DNA of 64,000 bases from an uncultured delta proteobacterium (GTDB taxonomy: Bacteria; Desulfobacterota; Binatia; UBA9968): the NCBI GenBank assembly GCA_963745035.1, contig CAVUVW010000010.1:96001-160000 (forward strand), in the 5' to 3' direction. The stretch's first letter is position 1; every line of letters starts with the position of its first letter. Below the pieces are notes generated by a model, which had not been told where the DNA came from, made no database searches, and worked only from the letters and a program-made list of their open reading frames with translations. A program made the translations under genes and the position numbers. Of the stretch, positions 39,740-49,201 are shown piece after piece.

Positions 39740-40507
39740 ATGAGGGGAAGTCGGTTCGCATCTGCTTCGCTATTTTCGATCTGCTTCCTTGTTTCCACGG
39801 CAGGGGCTTTCGGAACTTCTATTGTCATTATTAGGACCCCTCGAGAGATAGTCGTAGGCGCTGACAGCATGACCACCATCGAGGGACGGGCACCAATCCA
39901 GTCCTGCAAAATTCATAGGCTCAAAAATGGCCTTTACTTTGTTTCAGCCGGTTATGCCAATGATCTTTTGGCCGGCGGGACCTATGACGTTGTGCACGAA
40001 GTCCATCAGGCAGCTGGCGAGGCTCAATCCTTAAACGCAGCTGTTGATGCTACCAGAGTCGCTTTCCGAGCGGCTTTCTTACAGCAACTCGAACAGCGCC
40101 GTTTACAAGAACCCGATCACTTCGAGCGCAATTTTTATCGATTACGGATAGTGCAGGTAGCCCTTTTTGGCATAGAGCAAGGTGATCCGATCGTAGAAAA
40201 ACTCACGTTCAGAGCATTTAACGAAGTACCCGATCTTCGAATAGAGAGTCACAGGGAGCGGTGCCCAGGTGATTGCCCTGGGGATGTGGCCCCTATCTTC
40301 ATTGGAGAAGAGCAAGCCATGCGCAACCATATCGGCGAAACCGAATTTCGCGAGCGCGACTCTCTGACGTCGATAGCAGAGAAGCTAATTCACGTGGCTA
40401 TATCAGCGAGTCCGAACACTGTCGGTCCGCCCGTTGTTGTCTTTCGCCTTCAAGAGCGAGGCGCTTCCTGGGTAAAAGGAGAAACTATCTGCCGCCACGC
40501 TCAATAG
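39740..40507 (+). CDS. Exported protein with proteasome-beta/Ntn-hydrolase-like motifs
   Basis: Signal-like N-terminus, then TSIVIIR...IVVGADS, CKI, FVSAG, C-terminal TVGPPVVV; lower GC than flanks by eye. Confidence 0.6.
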   Translation: MRGSRFASASLFSICFLVSTAGAFGTSIVIIRTPREIVVGADSMTTIEGRAPIQSCKIHRLKNGLYFVSAGYANDLLAGGTYDVVHEVHQAAGEAQSLNAAVDATRVAFRAAFLQQLEQRRLQEPDHFERNFYRLRIVQVALFGIEQGDPIVEKLTFRAFNEVPDLRIESHRERCPGDCPGDVAPIFIGEEQAMRNHIGETEFRERDSLTSIAEKLIHVAISASPNTVGPPVVVFRLQERGASWVKGETICRHAQ

Positions 40508-40544
40508 AACCGATTCACAAAGTAAATAGTCGGAACGCCTGGAC

Positions 40545-40940
40545 CTAAGCCTGCTCGACGTTAGATTCCCTCTGCGCCTGTCGCAAGATATCTTTGCGCG
40601 TCACGTAGTCGATGATCTGGATTTTTTCCGCCGGTCCCGAGCGGTTACCCATCATGATCATCGGCCCGTCGCCGGTGTTCTCCAGCGTGTAGAAAGAACC
40701 CCCCGTGATCAGCGCGGCCTGGCCGGGCTTTAACGTCACTTTGCCGCCGTCCGGAAAGCTCATCGTGCATTCGCCGTCCAAGACGACGAAAGTCTGATCG
40801 GCGTTGTGGCAGTGCATGGAGTCTTTCTGTCCGGGCTTATAATAATGCATCCAGGCATGAAAGCGCGGCGTGTTGAAGACGTTTTTGCGCTTTTGTTCCG
40901 TGTGCGCCATTTCCATTAGATCGATCACTTCGATGCTCAT
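40545..40940 (-). CDS. Cupin domain protein
   Basis: MHCHNADQTFVVLDGE...LKPGQ...LENTG. Confidence 0.85.
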   Translation of the reverse strand: MSIEVIDLMEMAHTEQKRKNVFNTPRFHAWMHYYKPGQKDSMHCHNADQTFVVLDGECTMSFPDGGKVTLKPGQAALITGGSFYTLENTGDGPMIMMGNRSGPAEKIQIIDYVTRKDILRQAQRESNVEQA

Positions 40941-40958
40941 GACAAAATTCCTCCTTTG

Positions 40959-41339
40959 TTATAAGACTGCGATCACTTCGATTTGGAACAATACTTCACC
41001 GCGCAGCTCCGCCTTGAGCGCGTGCCGCGCCGGCCGGTCGTGCTCATCGGGAAACATCTTGAGCCATGCTTTGTTCACCGCATCGCGCAGCTTTTCCTCT
41101 TTCAAGTAAACTTTCATGTAAGCGATATCGCCGGGCGCACCGCCGGCCGCTTCCATGAAGAGATGCAAATTGCGAAACATGGCGGCGGCTTGCTCGTCCG
41201 GATCGGGCGAGAGCACGCCGGTCTTGGCGTCCTTGCCCGAGATCGCCGAAGAAAAAATCATGTTGCCGATGACCGCGCCGTTGGGTATCGGCGCGCCATG
41301 TTCCATGCCTTTGATGTGAAGGCTTTTGCGTTTTGCCAT
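40959..41339 (-). CDS. RidA/YjgF family protein
   Basis: IFSSAISG, VNKAW..FP...RPARHA, QIEVIA. Confidence 0.85.
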   Translation of the reverse strand: MAKRKSLHIKGMEHGAPIPNGAVIGNMIFSSAISGKDAKTGVLSPDPDEQAAAMFRNLHLFMEAAGGAPGDIAYMKVYLKEEKLRDAVNKAWLKMFPDEHDRPARHALKAELRGEVLFQIEVIAVL

Positions 41340-41430
41340 TGTCGCCTCCCGCTCTCTCGCCAGATTGTTTGACTCATAGCATGAGCCGCGCGTGAACGTC
41401 CACAGCGCTGCTTAAGCGATCCCCTTGCAT

Positions 41431-42213
41431 CTACGAAGCAGTCAAGAACTGCGCGACCGCGGCACAAAATTCATCGGCTGCTTCGGCGTGGATCCAGTGG
41501 CCCGCCCGAGGAATCGTTTTCAATTCGGCGCGTGGAAAGACTTCACGAATGGCGGCGAAGTCGTTGTCTTCGATGAAGCTCGAATGTTCGCCGCGAATGA
41601 AACAAGTGGGCTTCGGAAACGGTTTTTCCACGACCACCGCCTCGGTGAGAGCGCTGTAATTGTCGATGATCTCGGCCAGGCCGATGCGCCAGCGAAACTC
41701 CCCGGCGGAATCGCGCGCGAGATTTTTCATGACGAATTGCCGGACCGCCGTGTCGGCGATCGCCGGAGCGAGGGCGGCGTCGATCTCGCCGAAGGATTTA
41801 TATCCGCGCAGATCGATGCCGCGCATGGCCAGAAGCAAAGGGCGGTGCGCCGGAGGATACGCCTTGGGCGCGATATCGACGACGAGCAGGTTTTCGAGTA
41901 GGTCGGGATATCGAGCAGCCAGCGCCATCGCGACTTTTCCACCCATGGAGTGGCCGAGCACGGCCAGCGCGTGAAGACCTTGCTCTTCGCAGCACTCGCG
42001 CACGTCTTGCGCCATAACGGCGTAGTTCATGACCGCGGAGTGCGGCGAATGGCCGTGGTTGCGCAAATCGAGGGAGTAAACTCGGCGAAGCGCGGCCAGT
42101 CGCTTGCTCATGGACTGCCAATTGTCGAGAGAACCGAGCAAGCCGTGGAGAATGACCAGCGGCTGGCCGTCGCCCCGGACTTGGAAATGAAGACGCATCG
42201 TTTTCACGGGCAA
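41431..42213 (-). CDS. Alpha/beta hydrolase, YbfF/ABHD11-like esterase
   Basis: HGLLGS, DLRNHGHS, GHSMGGK, VDIAP, AGHWIHAE. Confidence 0.9.
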   Translation of the reverse strand: MPVKTMRLHFQVRGDGQPLVILHGLLGSLDNWQSMSKRLAALRRVYSLDLRNHGHSPHSAVMNYAVMAQDVRECCEEQGLHALAVLGHSMGGKVAMALAARYPDLLENLLVVDIAPKAYPPAHRPLLLAMRGIDLRGYKSFGEIDAALAPAIADTAVRQFVMKNLARDSAGEFRWRIGLAEIIDNYSALTEAVVVEKPFPKPTCFIRGEHSSFIEDNDFAAIREVFPRAELKTIPRAGHWIHAEAADEFCAAVAQFLTAS

Positions 42214-42504
42214 CGAATGCCTGACTGTTTCAGGATAGCGTGAAACGATCCGTGCTTCGAGCCGCTCGAGACTCGGGCCCGACGCATTACAAGCGCGAGT
42301 AGCAAAAGAAAGATTTACGTAGAAAAAATTCGAATGGGAAAATCGATATCAAAGAATGCGGCGGAAGCTTGCAAGCGGAAAATCAGTTCGCGCCGGGCAC
42401 CCTAACGACGACTTCGCGCCGAATGAATCCCGGTGGGCGGCGCTTGGAATGAATTTCCAACCAACGGCGAGCGCATCGCCTCTTAATATCCGCTTGTTTG
42501 CGGG

Positions 42505-43479
42505 CTAAACGGGTTCCGTACCCTTTGTCGGCTCGGCGAACGTCGAACCGGATGGCTGAAAGCCCTCGGCCGGCGCCGTGATCTGCCGAGCGAACGCGGT
42601 AAGCTCTTCCTGGAGCCGGCGCTGGCGATCGGCAAGCTCGGCATGTCTGGAGAGCAGCTCATTGCACGGCGCTTGCAGCGCGGCGAGCCGTTGGCCGCTC
42701 TCTTCGGCCGCAGCGATGCGCGCCTGCCATCGCGGTATCTCGTCTTCATGGCGGCTGATTTCGGCGCGCAGCGAGCGCTGAACGCCGTCCGCTTCAGCCA
42801 AACGGTCGCGCAGGGTTTGCATTTCCGAAAGATTTTGCTGCTCCATTGCGAGGCGCTTTTCCAGGTTGGAAATCTGCTCCTGGAAAGCCTGCCGCTCCCG
42901 AGCGCGCTCGGCCTCGATGGCGCTCAAGTCGGGAAGGTTTTGCCGGGCGGCTTCGAGCTCGCGTACCTTCGCATGGCTTGTGTCCAGCGTCCGCCTGAGC
43001 TCGTCGATTTCCGACTGCATTTGATTTGTCGTCGGCTGGCCGTTTGGGCGTTGCGCGGCGTGGAGATCGGCTTCGCCGGCGGCGAGCCGGCTGCGCAGCT
43101 CGTCGACTTCGCGAGCGAGTTGATCGTTGGCGCTCATCAGGCGCCGGGTTTCCTCCTGATCACCGGAGTGGTCGCGCTGCGCTGTTTCGAGCGCGTCGAT
43201 AGTTTGTCGGCTTTGCGCCAATTCACTCGAGAGAGAGCTGAGCTTTTTCTCGAGCTCGCGATTCTGCGCGTGCAGATCGGCCGCTGCCGTGGCGCCGCTT
43301 TCGAGCTGGTCCGATGATCCGTCCGACGCGCCGCGCGGAATATTTTCCAGCCGCGCGAGCAGTCCGTCAATTTCACGCCGTTTGGTTTTTAGCTCGCGCT
43401 CCGACGCGATCAAAAAAAGTCCCAGCAAGGCAACCGCCGCTCCAGCAAACATCAAAATCCAGACAAATGTGCTTTCCAT
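42505..43479 (-). CDS. Membrane-anchored coiled-coil protein
   Basis: N-terminal TM, then long E/L/R/Q heptad-rich region; RBS AGGAG. Confidence 0.7.
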   Translation of the reverse strand: MESTFVWILMFAGAAVALLGLFLIASERELKTKRREIDGLLARLENIPRGASDGSSDQLESGATAAADLHAQNRELEKKLSSLSSELAQSRQTIDALETAQRDHSGDQEETRRLMSANDQLAREVDELRSRLAAGEADLHAAQRPNGQPTTNQMQSEIDELRRTLDTSHAKVRELEAARQNLPDLSAIEAERARERQAFQEQISNLEKRLAMEQQNLSEMQTLRDRLAEADGVQRSLRAEISRHEDEIPRWQARIAAAEESGQRLAALQAPCNELLSRHAELADRQRRLQEELTAFARQITAPAEGFQPSGSTFAEPTKGTEPV

Positions 43480-43764
43480 GGTCGATTCTCCTATCGAGTC
43501 GCCGAGATTGGCCAATATCGCCAAATATATGCCAAATTGGAGAAGGTCGTCCATCGGTATCTAAGTGCCTCAATTGGCACTGGTTTTTTTGCCTGGGGAG
43601 CAGCCGGTTTCGCTTCGTCGCGGCACTCGTCAATGAACAAAATCGTGAATCCCGGAGAAAACTGTGTGGAACGCACCGTCGGCCTTTTTAGACATGCGGC
43701 TCACCGCCGCATGCTGGCTCTGGATTGGCGCGTGGGGTATTTCAAAGATGTGTTCGGTTACTTC

Positions 43765-45189
43765 ATGGCAGGTAAGCTCCCAGCCGGCGGCCGTTACCAA
43801 TCCACGGAAGAGCGCGCCATTCTCACGGTGACTTGCCTCGCGGCGTTTTTGTTTTTCAACAGCTTCGGTAGCATTGGCGTCGCCCTGCCGATGATCCAAA
43901 AGCAATTCGGCAACAGTCTGGCGGAAATTCAATGGATCGCATTGATGGGCGTCGTGACGGTCTCGAGCCTCTCATTCTGCTTCGGCCGCGCCGGCGGGAT
44001 ATTGGGTCAAAGAAGACTCTACAAGCTTGGCGTGTTCCTGTACGCCGCGGGCGCCGGCTTGGGCGCGATCTCAACTTCTTTCGTCCAGTTGCTGGCGGCG
44101 CGTGCGGTGATGGCCGTGGGACTGGCCATGGCGTTGCCCATGTCGACGGCGATTCTTGCCGCGAGTTTCCCCGCCGAGCGGCGCGGCCAGGTGCTCGGAT
44201 GGTTCGCGGCGGCGATTGCCACCGGCCGCATGGCCGGACCGACGATCGGCGGCGCGCTGCTGGAACTCGGGGGCTGGCGGTGGGTGTTCTGGATGAATTT
44301 TCTCGTCGGCGCGGCGGTGAGCGCCGCGGTGATCAAAATATTTCGCGGCGCGGGCGAGCGTCGCGCCGCGCCGTTCGACTTTTGGGGTTCCGCGGCTCTG
44401 CTGCTCGGTTATCCGGCTCTGCTCGTCGCGCTCACCTTCGGCGCCAAGCTCGGCTGGTCGTCGCCGGCGGTTGCCGGCTGCTTCGCCGTCGCGCTTGCCG
44501 CAATGGCGGCGTTTGTCGCGATCGAGTTTCGCGCGGCGAGGCCGTTGATCGATGTCCGCCTGTTCAAGCGCGGCGCGCTGACGGCCGCCTTGCTCGCGCT
44601 CGCTTTGAGCCACCTGATCCATCAACCGATCGCGCTTTTCGCGCCGCTGTACCTGCAAAATGTTTTGGGCGTTTCCGCGCTCGCGGCCGGGATCATTCTC
44701 GCGGTCCTGCCGCTGTCTACCGCGTTGGCGTCGCCGCTCAGCGGCCGCCTGGCCGATCGCTACGCGGCGCCCGCGGTCGGCGCCGCGGGATTGGCGATGA
44801 TCGTCGCGGGCATCGCCTTCTACGCTCTTTTGGCCACGGACAGCTCTCTGTGGATGGCGGCCGCCGCGCTGGCGCTGCTCGGCGCCGGCATTGGATTTTT
44901 CACGCCGGCAAATCAGAAAAGCGCGTTTGCCGCCATCGAGCGCGAGGACTACGGCATTCTCGCGGCGATGTTGAGCTCCTTCGCCACCGCCGCCGGCGCC
45001 ATCGGCACCACGCTCACCGTCGCGGTGATGGAAGCCGCCGCGGGAGGGCAGCTTTGGCTGCGCCCGGAGGTGTTCACCGGCGCGCAGCGCTTTGCGTTTG
45101 CTTGTCTGGCGCCCATCGGGGTGCTGGCTCTGGTAATCACCGTCAGGCGGCGGCCAGACGCTACGACCGACGCGGCGCGACGGAAGTAA
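43765..45189 (+). CDS. MFS transporter, DHA2 (14-TM) type
   Basis: FPAERRGQVLG, GPTIGG..GWRWVFWMN, SGRLADRY. Confidence 0.9.
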   Translation: MAGKLPAGGRYQSTEERAILTVTCLAAFLFFNSFGSIGVALPMIQKQFGNSLAEIQWIALMGVVTVSSLSFCFGRAGGILGQRRLYKLGVFLYAAGAGLGAISTSFVQLLAARAVMAVGLAMALPMSTAILAASFPAERRGQVLGWFAAAIATGRMAGPTIGGALLELGGWRWVFWMNFLVGAAVSAAVIKIFRGAGERRAAPFDFWGSAALLLGYPALLVALTFGAKLGWSSPAVAGCFAVALAAMAAFVAIEFRAARPLIDVRLFKRGALTAALLALALSHLIHQPIALFAPLYLQNVLGVSALAAGIILAVLPLSTALASPLSGRLADRYAAPAVGAAGLAMIVAGIAFYALLATDSSLWMAAAALALLGAGIGFFTPANQKSAFAAIEREDYGILAAMLSSFATAAGAIGTTLTVAVMEAAAGGQLWLRPEVFTGAQRFAFACLAPIGVLALVITVRRRPDATTDAARRK

Positions 45190-45226
45190 TGTTCGGCGCG
45201 CGCTCGCGCGCGACGCGGGTGATACC

Positions 45227-45385
45227 ATGGTCATCGATTTTCAACATCATTACATGCCGGTGGAGTTGGCGAAAAAGCGCGGGCTTTACTCCGAGACTGG
45301 CAGGACCATGCTGCAAGAGAGGGCGGCTTGCCGGCCACGATGCACCAGCGTCTGTACGATCTCGACTTGCAGCTCCGCGATAGTG
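45227..45385 (+). pseudogene. Truncated amidohydrolase N-terminal fragment
   Basis: MVIDFQHHYMP...(frameshift) LPATMHQRLYDLDLQLRD, then similarity is lost. Confidence 0.5.
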
Positions 45386-45511
45386 GAAGATTCTCGGGGG
45401 CACTGCCGCGGAGCTGCCGCGCATCTAGTTGGCTACTGAAAAAGATCCATATGCTTCATTGGGCTCAGAGCGGCAGTGGACGTTCATCCGGTCCGGCGGC
45501 GACCGCGCCGG

Positions 45512-46102
45512 CTACTGCTTGGCGGGTTTGGTGAGACTGGCCTCCACATAGCCGGGCTTGTTGCCGCGCTTGGATTGGACTTTGAGCCAGCCCTTGCTCT
45601 CTTCGACGACGTTGAGTTTTGTTCCCTTTGAGATATCCGCAATCACGGGATAGTGAAGTCCCGGGCCGCCTCTAACCTGGGTATCCGTCAACGCTTCGTA
45701 CCGGCCGGCTACATCGGTGGCTCTTTTGTCTTTTTCCGCTCGCTCGTCCTTGCCGGGCTCAGGGTCGCTCTCGGCCGCCTCGCCGGTCCAAGGGTTGACC
45801 GAAGCCATTTCGATGTAGCCCGGCGCGTTGCCCTTTTTGGATACGATCAGCACCCATTCGCCGTCCCTTCCGACGACATTTACTTTTGCGTCGGCGCCGA
45901 TTTCCGCGATGGCGCGAAATTGAGTCCCCGGTCCGCTCCGAACTTTCGTTTTTGAAGTGGTGACGTAGGCGCGAGTCTGTTCGTTGAGATCGGGGAGCTC
46001 CGCGGGGTCTGCCTTTTTTTCTGCGCGGTCGCAGGCGAAAACGCTCAGCGCGACCAAGAAGATCCCTATCCAACCTGCCGGCTTACCCTGGCATCGCTTC
46101 AT
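45512..46102 (-). CDS. Lipoprotein with two bacterial SH3 (SH3b) domains
   Basis: VFAC lipobox; VRSGPG..W..GYI and VRGGPG..WLKV..GYV. Confidence 0.85.
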   Translation of the reverse strand: MKRCQGKPAGWIGIFLVALSVFACDRAEKKADPAELPDLNEQTRAYVTTSKTKVRSGPGTQFRAIAEIGADAKVNVVGRDGEWVLIVSKKGNAPGYIEMASVNPWTGEAAESDPEPGKDERAEKDKRATDVAGRYEALTDTQVRGGPGLHYPVIADISKGTKLNVVEESKGWLKVQSKRGNKPGYVEASLTKPAKQ

Positions 46103-46264
46103 TACGGCCTCCTATTCTTGTTCTTGACGATTGGGCAGGGATTATATCACGCGTTGCGGATTCTTTGGACTTTTCGCCGGAGTTCCAGCGGAGGACTTCG
46201 CATGGCATTGCAGTGATTTTGCGACACAATCCCGGCGCGCGAAGGAGCGCCAGCGCAACTTCGC

Positions 46265-46684
46265 TCAATGGATCTCTTTCCACACTTTGGCAAGGCTGTC
46301 GCCGTAGACGCGCAGGTCCCACGCGCAAAAATAGCCGAAGGGCGTGGTCCACACCTGGTAGCCGCCTTCGCGCAGGCGGCCAGCGAGATCCTCGATGAAC
46401 GAAGCGGCAAAGGCCGGTTCGGCGCTCGCGCCGCCAAGATGGGCGAAGGAGTGCAGCACGATGTTCTTCAACGACCGCTTGTTGGCGAGCCACTTGATAT
46501 GCTTGACGGACTGGCGCAGGACCGCAGGCGAGCGCGCCGCGGCCGCGTCTCCAGCTTCGGCGTGGATAAAGGCGATCACCGCCTCCTCGACTTCCCGGTC
46601 GATCTCCTGATCGGCAACGTCGGGAAGAGTTTTGCTGTGGGCTTGCCAGCGAAAACGTTTGGCCTGGAAGCAGAGGAGCTTCAT
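46265..46684 (-). CDS. Stand-alone archaeal-type threonyl-tRNA synthetase editing domain
   Basis: MKLL, AFIHAE..D, IVLHSFAHL, TPFGY, GDSLAKVWKEI. Confidence 0.8.
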   Translation of the reverse strand: MKLLCFQAKRFRWQAHSKTLPDVADQEIDREVEEAVIAFIHAEAGDAAAARSPAVLRQSVKHIKWLANKRSLKNIVLHSFAHLGGASAEPAFAASFIEDLAGRLREGGYQVWTTPFGYFCAWDLRVYGDSLAKVWKEIH

Positions 46685-46694
46685 AGCCCGGGGA

Positions 46695-47261
46695 TCAATA
46701 ATGAGTGAGGAAGTTTTTGAGTATCTTTTTGCCTTCTTCGTTGAGGATCGATTCGGGATGGAACTGCACGCCTTCCACCGCGAAGGTCTTGTGGCGCACC
46801 GCCATCACCACTCCGTCAGCGGTTTGGGCGCTCACGATCAGGTCCGCCGGCAAGCTCTTGGGATCGATCACCAGGGAGTGATAGCGCATGGCGCCGAAGG
46901 GATTTTTCACTTCGCGGAAAATCGTCTGCGCATCGTGGGTTACGTTGGAGAGTTTGCCGTGCATGATCGACGGCGCGCGCACGATATTGGCGCCGAAGGC
47001 GGCGCCGATCGATTGGTGACCTAAACAGACGCCGAGGATGGGCAGGCGCGGCGCGAAGCGGCGGATGGCGTCGCACGAGATGCCGGCCTCTTTGGGCGTG
47101 CAGGGACCGGGCGAGATGACGATCCTTTCCGGCCCGAGCGCGTCAATCTCGTCCAAAGTGATCTTGTCGTTGCGATACACTTTCACTTCGGCGCCGAGCT
47201 CGCCGAGATAGTGAAAGAGGTTGTAGGTGAAAGAGTCGTAGTTGTCGATCAGCAGGATCAT
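46695..47261 (-). CDS. trpG: Anthranilate synthase component II (glutamine amidotransferase)
   Basis: MILLIDNYDSFTYNL, SPGPCTP, LGVCLGHQ, RYHSL, GVQFHPES. Confidence 0.93.
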   Translation of the reverse strand: MILLIDNYDSFTYNLFHYLGELGAEVKVYRNDKITLDEIDALGPERIVISPGPCTPKEAGISCDAIRRFAPRLPILGVCLGHQSIGAAFGANIVRAPSIMHGKLSNVTHDAQTIFREVKNPFGAMRYHSLVIDPKSLPADLIVSAQTADGVVMAVRHKTFAVEGVQFHPESILNEEGKKILKNFLTHY

Positions 47262-48745
47262 CGTTTCCTCCACTGCTCGGCCAACTCGACCGCCTTCAGC
47301 ATGGCGCGCGCCTTGTTCAGGGTCTCCTGGTACTCCATCTTCGGGTCGGAATCGGCGACGATGCCAGCGCCGGCGGTGATGTAGACTTTCCTGCCTTTCA
47401 TGATGATGGTGCGAATGACGATGCAGGTGTCGAGATTGCCGTTGTACCCGAAGTAGCCGATGGCCCCGGCGTAGAGCCCACGCTTGTGCGGTTCGAGCTC
47501 GGCGACGATCTGCATGGCGCGGATCTTCGGCGCGCCGGACACGGTGCCGGCGGGGAAGGCCGAGACGAAAAGATCCAAAGGCGACTTGTCCGGCGCGAGC
47601 TTGCCGCGGACGTTGGAGACGATGTGAATCACGTGCGAGTAGCGCTCGATCGCCATCAATTCGTTGACCTCGACGGTGCCGATCTGCGCCACGCGGCCGA
47701 CGTCGTTGCGCCCGAGATCCACGAGCATGATGTGCTCGGCCCGCTCCTTGGGATCGGCGAGCAGGTCCGCTTCGAGCTCGCGCTCCTCTTCAGGCGTCGC
47801 GCCGCGCCGCCGCGTTCCCGCGATCGGCCGGAGCTCGATGGTATCGCCGGTGAGCCGCACCATGGTCTCGGGCGAAGAGCCGATGAGCCGTAGGTCTTCC
47901 AGTTCCAGGTAGAACATGTAGGGAGACGGGTTGATAAAGCGCAGGGCGCGGTAGATCTCGAAAGCATCGGTCGGTGTTTCGGTTTCGAGCCGCTGGGCGA
48001 GCACCACCTGAATAATATCGCCGGCCTCGATGTATGCCTTGGCCCGATGGACGATCTTTTCGAAGCCCGCCTGGGTCAAATTCGAACGATATTTTCGCCG
48101 CCCTACGGCTTGGGCGAGATCGCGCGGCTCGATCCCGCGCGGCTTTTTTTGCAGGGTCGAAATCACCGCGCGGATGCGCTTGACGGCCGCGTCGTAGGCG
48201 CGGCGCAAGTCGGTCCGGTCATCGAGGTGGACGTTGTCGATCACTTTGATCGTGTGCTTGAAATTGTCGAAGGCGACCAGAGTCTGCACGAAAAGGAAGA
48301 ATATTTCCGGCAAGCCGAGGGGGTCCGGCTGGCTGCCGGCGATATCGTGAAACTGCTCGACGGCGTTGTACGAAACGTAGCCGAGCGCGCCGCCGAAAAA
48401 CGGCGGCACCCCCGGCACCGCCACCGGCCGATATCCTTGGAGCAAGTTCTCCAGGATCTTGAGCGGCGCATCCGCGGTGAGCTTTTCTGACTTGCCGCGC
48501 TCGATGATCTCCACCTGCTTGCCGCGCGCCTTGAAAATCCGCTGTGGGCGCGTTCCGAGAAAGGAATAGCGCGCCCAGCGCTCGCTGCCTTCGACGCTTT
48601 CGAGCAGAAACGAATAGCGATCGCGCTCGAGACGCTTGAAAAAAGACAACGGGGTTTCCAGATCCATCAGCAATTCCTGATACACCGGGATCAGATTTCC
48701 CTGCTTGGCCAAGCCGCGGAATTCTTCGTAGCTAGGTTGAATCAT
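47258..48745 (-). CDS. trpE: Anthranilate synthase component I
   Basis: LLES, NPSPYM, PIAGTR, EHIMLVDLGRND, GTVSGAPK, AGAGIVADS. Confidence 0.95.
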   Translation of the reverse strand: MIQPSYEEFRGLAKQGNLIPVYQELLMDLETPLSFFKRLERDRYSFLLESVEGSERWARYSFLGTRPQRIFKARGKQVEIIERGKSEKLTADAPLKILENLLQGYRPVAVPGVPPFFGGALGYVSYNAVEQFHDIAGSQPDPLGLPEIFFLFVQTLVAFDNFKHTIKVIDNVHLDDRTDLRRAYDAAVKRIRAVISTLQKKPRGIEPRDLAQAVGRRKYRSNLTQAGFEKIVHRAKAYIEAGDIIQVVLAQRLETETPTDAFEIYRALRFINPSPYMFYLELEDLRLIGSSPETMVRLTGDTIELRPIAGTRRRGATPEEERELEADLLADPKERAEHIMLVDLGRNDVGRVAQIGTVEVNELMAIERYSHVIHIVSNVRGKLAPDKSPLDLFVSAFPAGTVSGAPKIRAMQIVAELEPHKRGLYAGAIGYFGYNGNLDTCIVIRTIIMKGRKVYITAGAGIVADSDPKMEYQETLNKARAMLKAVELAEQWRKR

Positions 48746-48750
48746 CTTGA

Positions 48751-48790
48751 AAAAATAAAAAAGGCCATAAGTTTATCACCTATGGCCTCG
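48751..48790 (-). terminator. Attenuator terminator upstream of trpE
   Basis: Minus strand AGGCCATAGGTGATAAACTTATGGCCTTTTTTATTTTT. Confidence 0.75.
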
Positions 48791-48814
48791 ATCTTGTTGA
48801 AATTATGTGGATAA

Positions 48815-48895
48815 TTAGCCACGGTGAAGACGCTGTTTGATGCGCCGCCACCGCCAGGCAAAGGAAAGAGGTGAAACCGTCACTCGTTCGGGCAT
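48815..48895 (-). CDS. trpL: Putative trp leader peptide (26 aa)
   Basis: MPERVTVSPLSFAWRWRRIKQRLHRG with W-R-W, directly upstream of terminator and trpE. Confidence 0.65.
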   Translation of the reverse strand: MPERVTVSPLSFAWRWRRIKQRLHRG

Positions 48896-49098
48896 GGCGG
48901 CATATTGCCGTATTGCGGTTTGGTGGTCAAGCGCGGTGCACGCTTCGCGGCCCGGGAAACGGCGCTTTGCTCGGCAAAGCGGGTTTTGATTTCGTTTTTC
49001 TTCATGGTTTTCGCCCATACAGTGCTGCGCTCTCGGCTGTCGAGAGTATTCCGCGCAAGCCTAAAGGCGGCGATTTCTCTTGATCTCGGCGCCTGCAT

Positions 49099-49127
49099 TT
49101 GACATGTAAATACCGCTGGGTTAGCTT
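49099..49127 (+). promoter_or_regulatory. Putative sigma70 promoter for the IclR gene
   Basis: TTGACA-17 nt-TAGCTT. Confidence 0.55.
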
Positions 49128-49201
49128 AAAACGCTTTTTTGGAATTGTCCTCTACGATCCGGAAAGCGCGTTGATGCTTGTCCGACTACAGGGAGGAAAA
49201 C

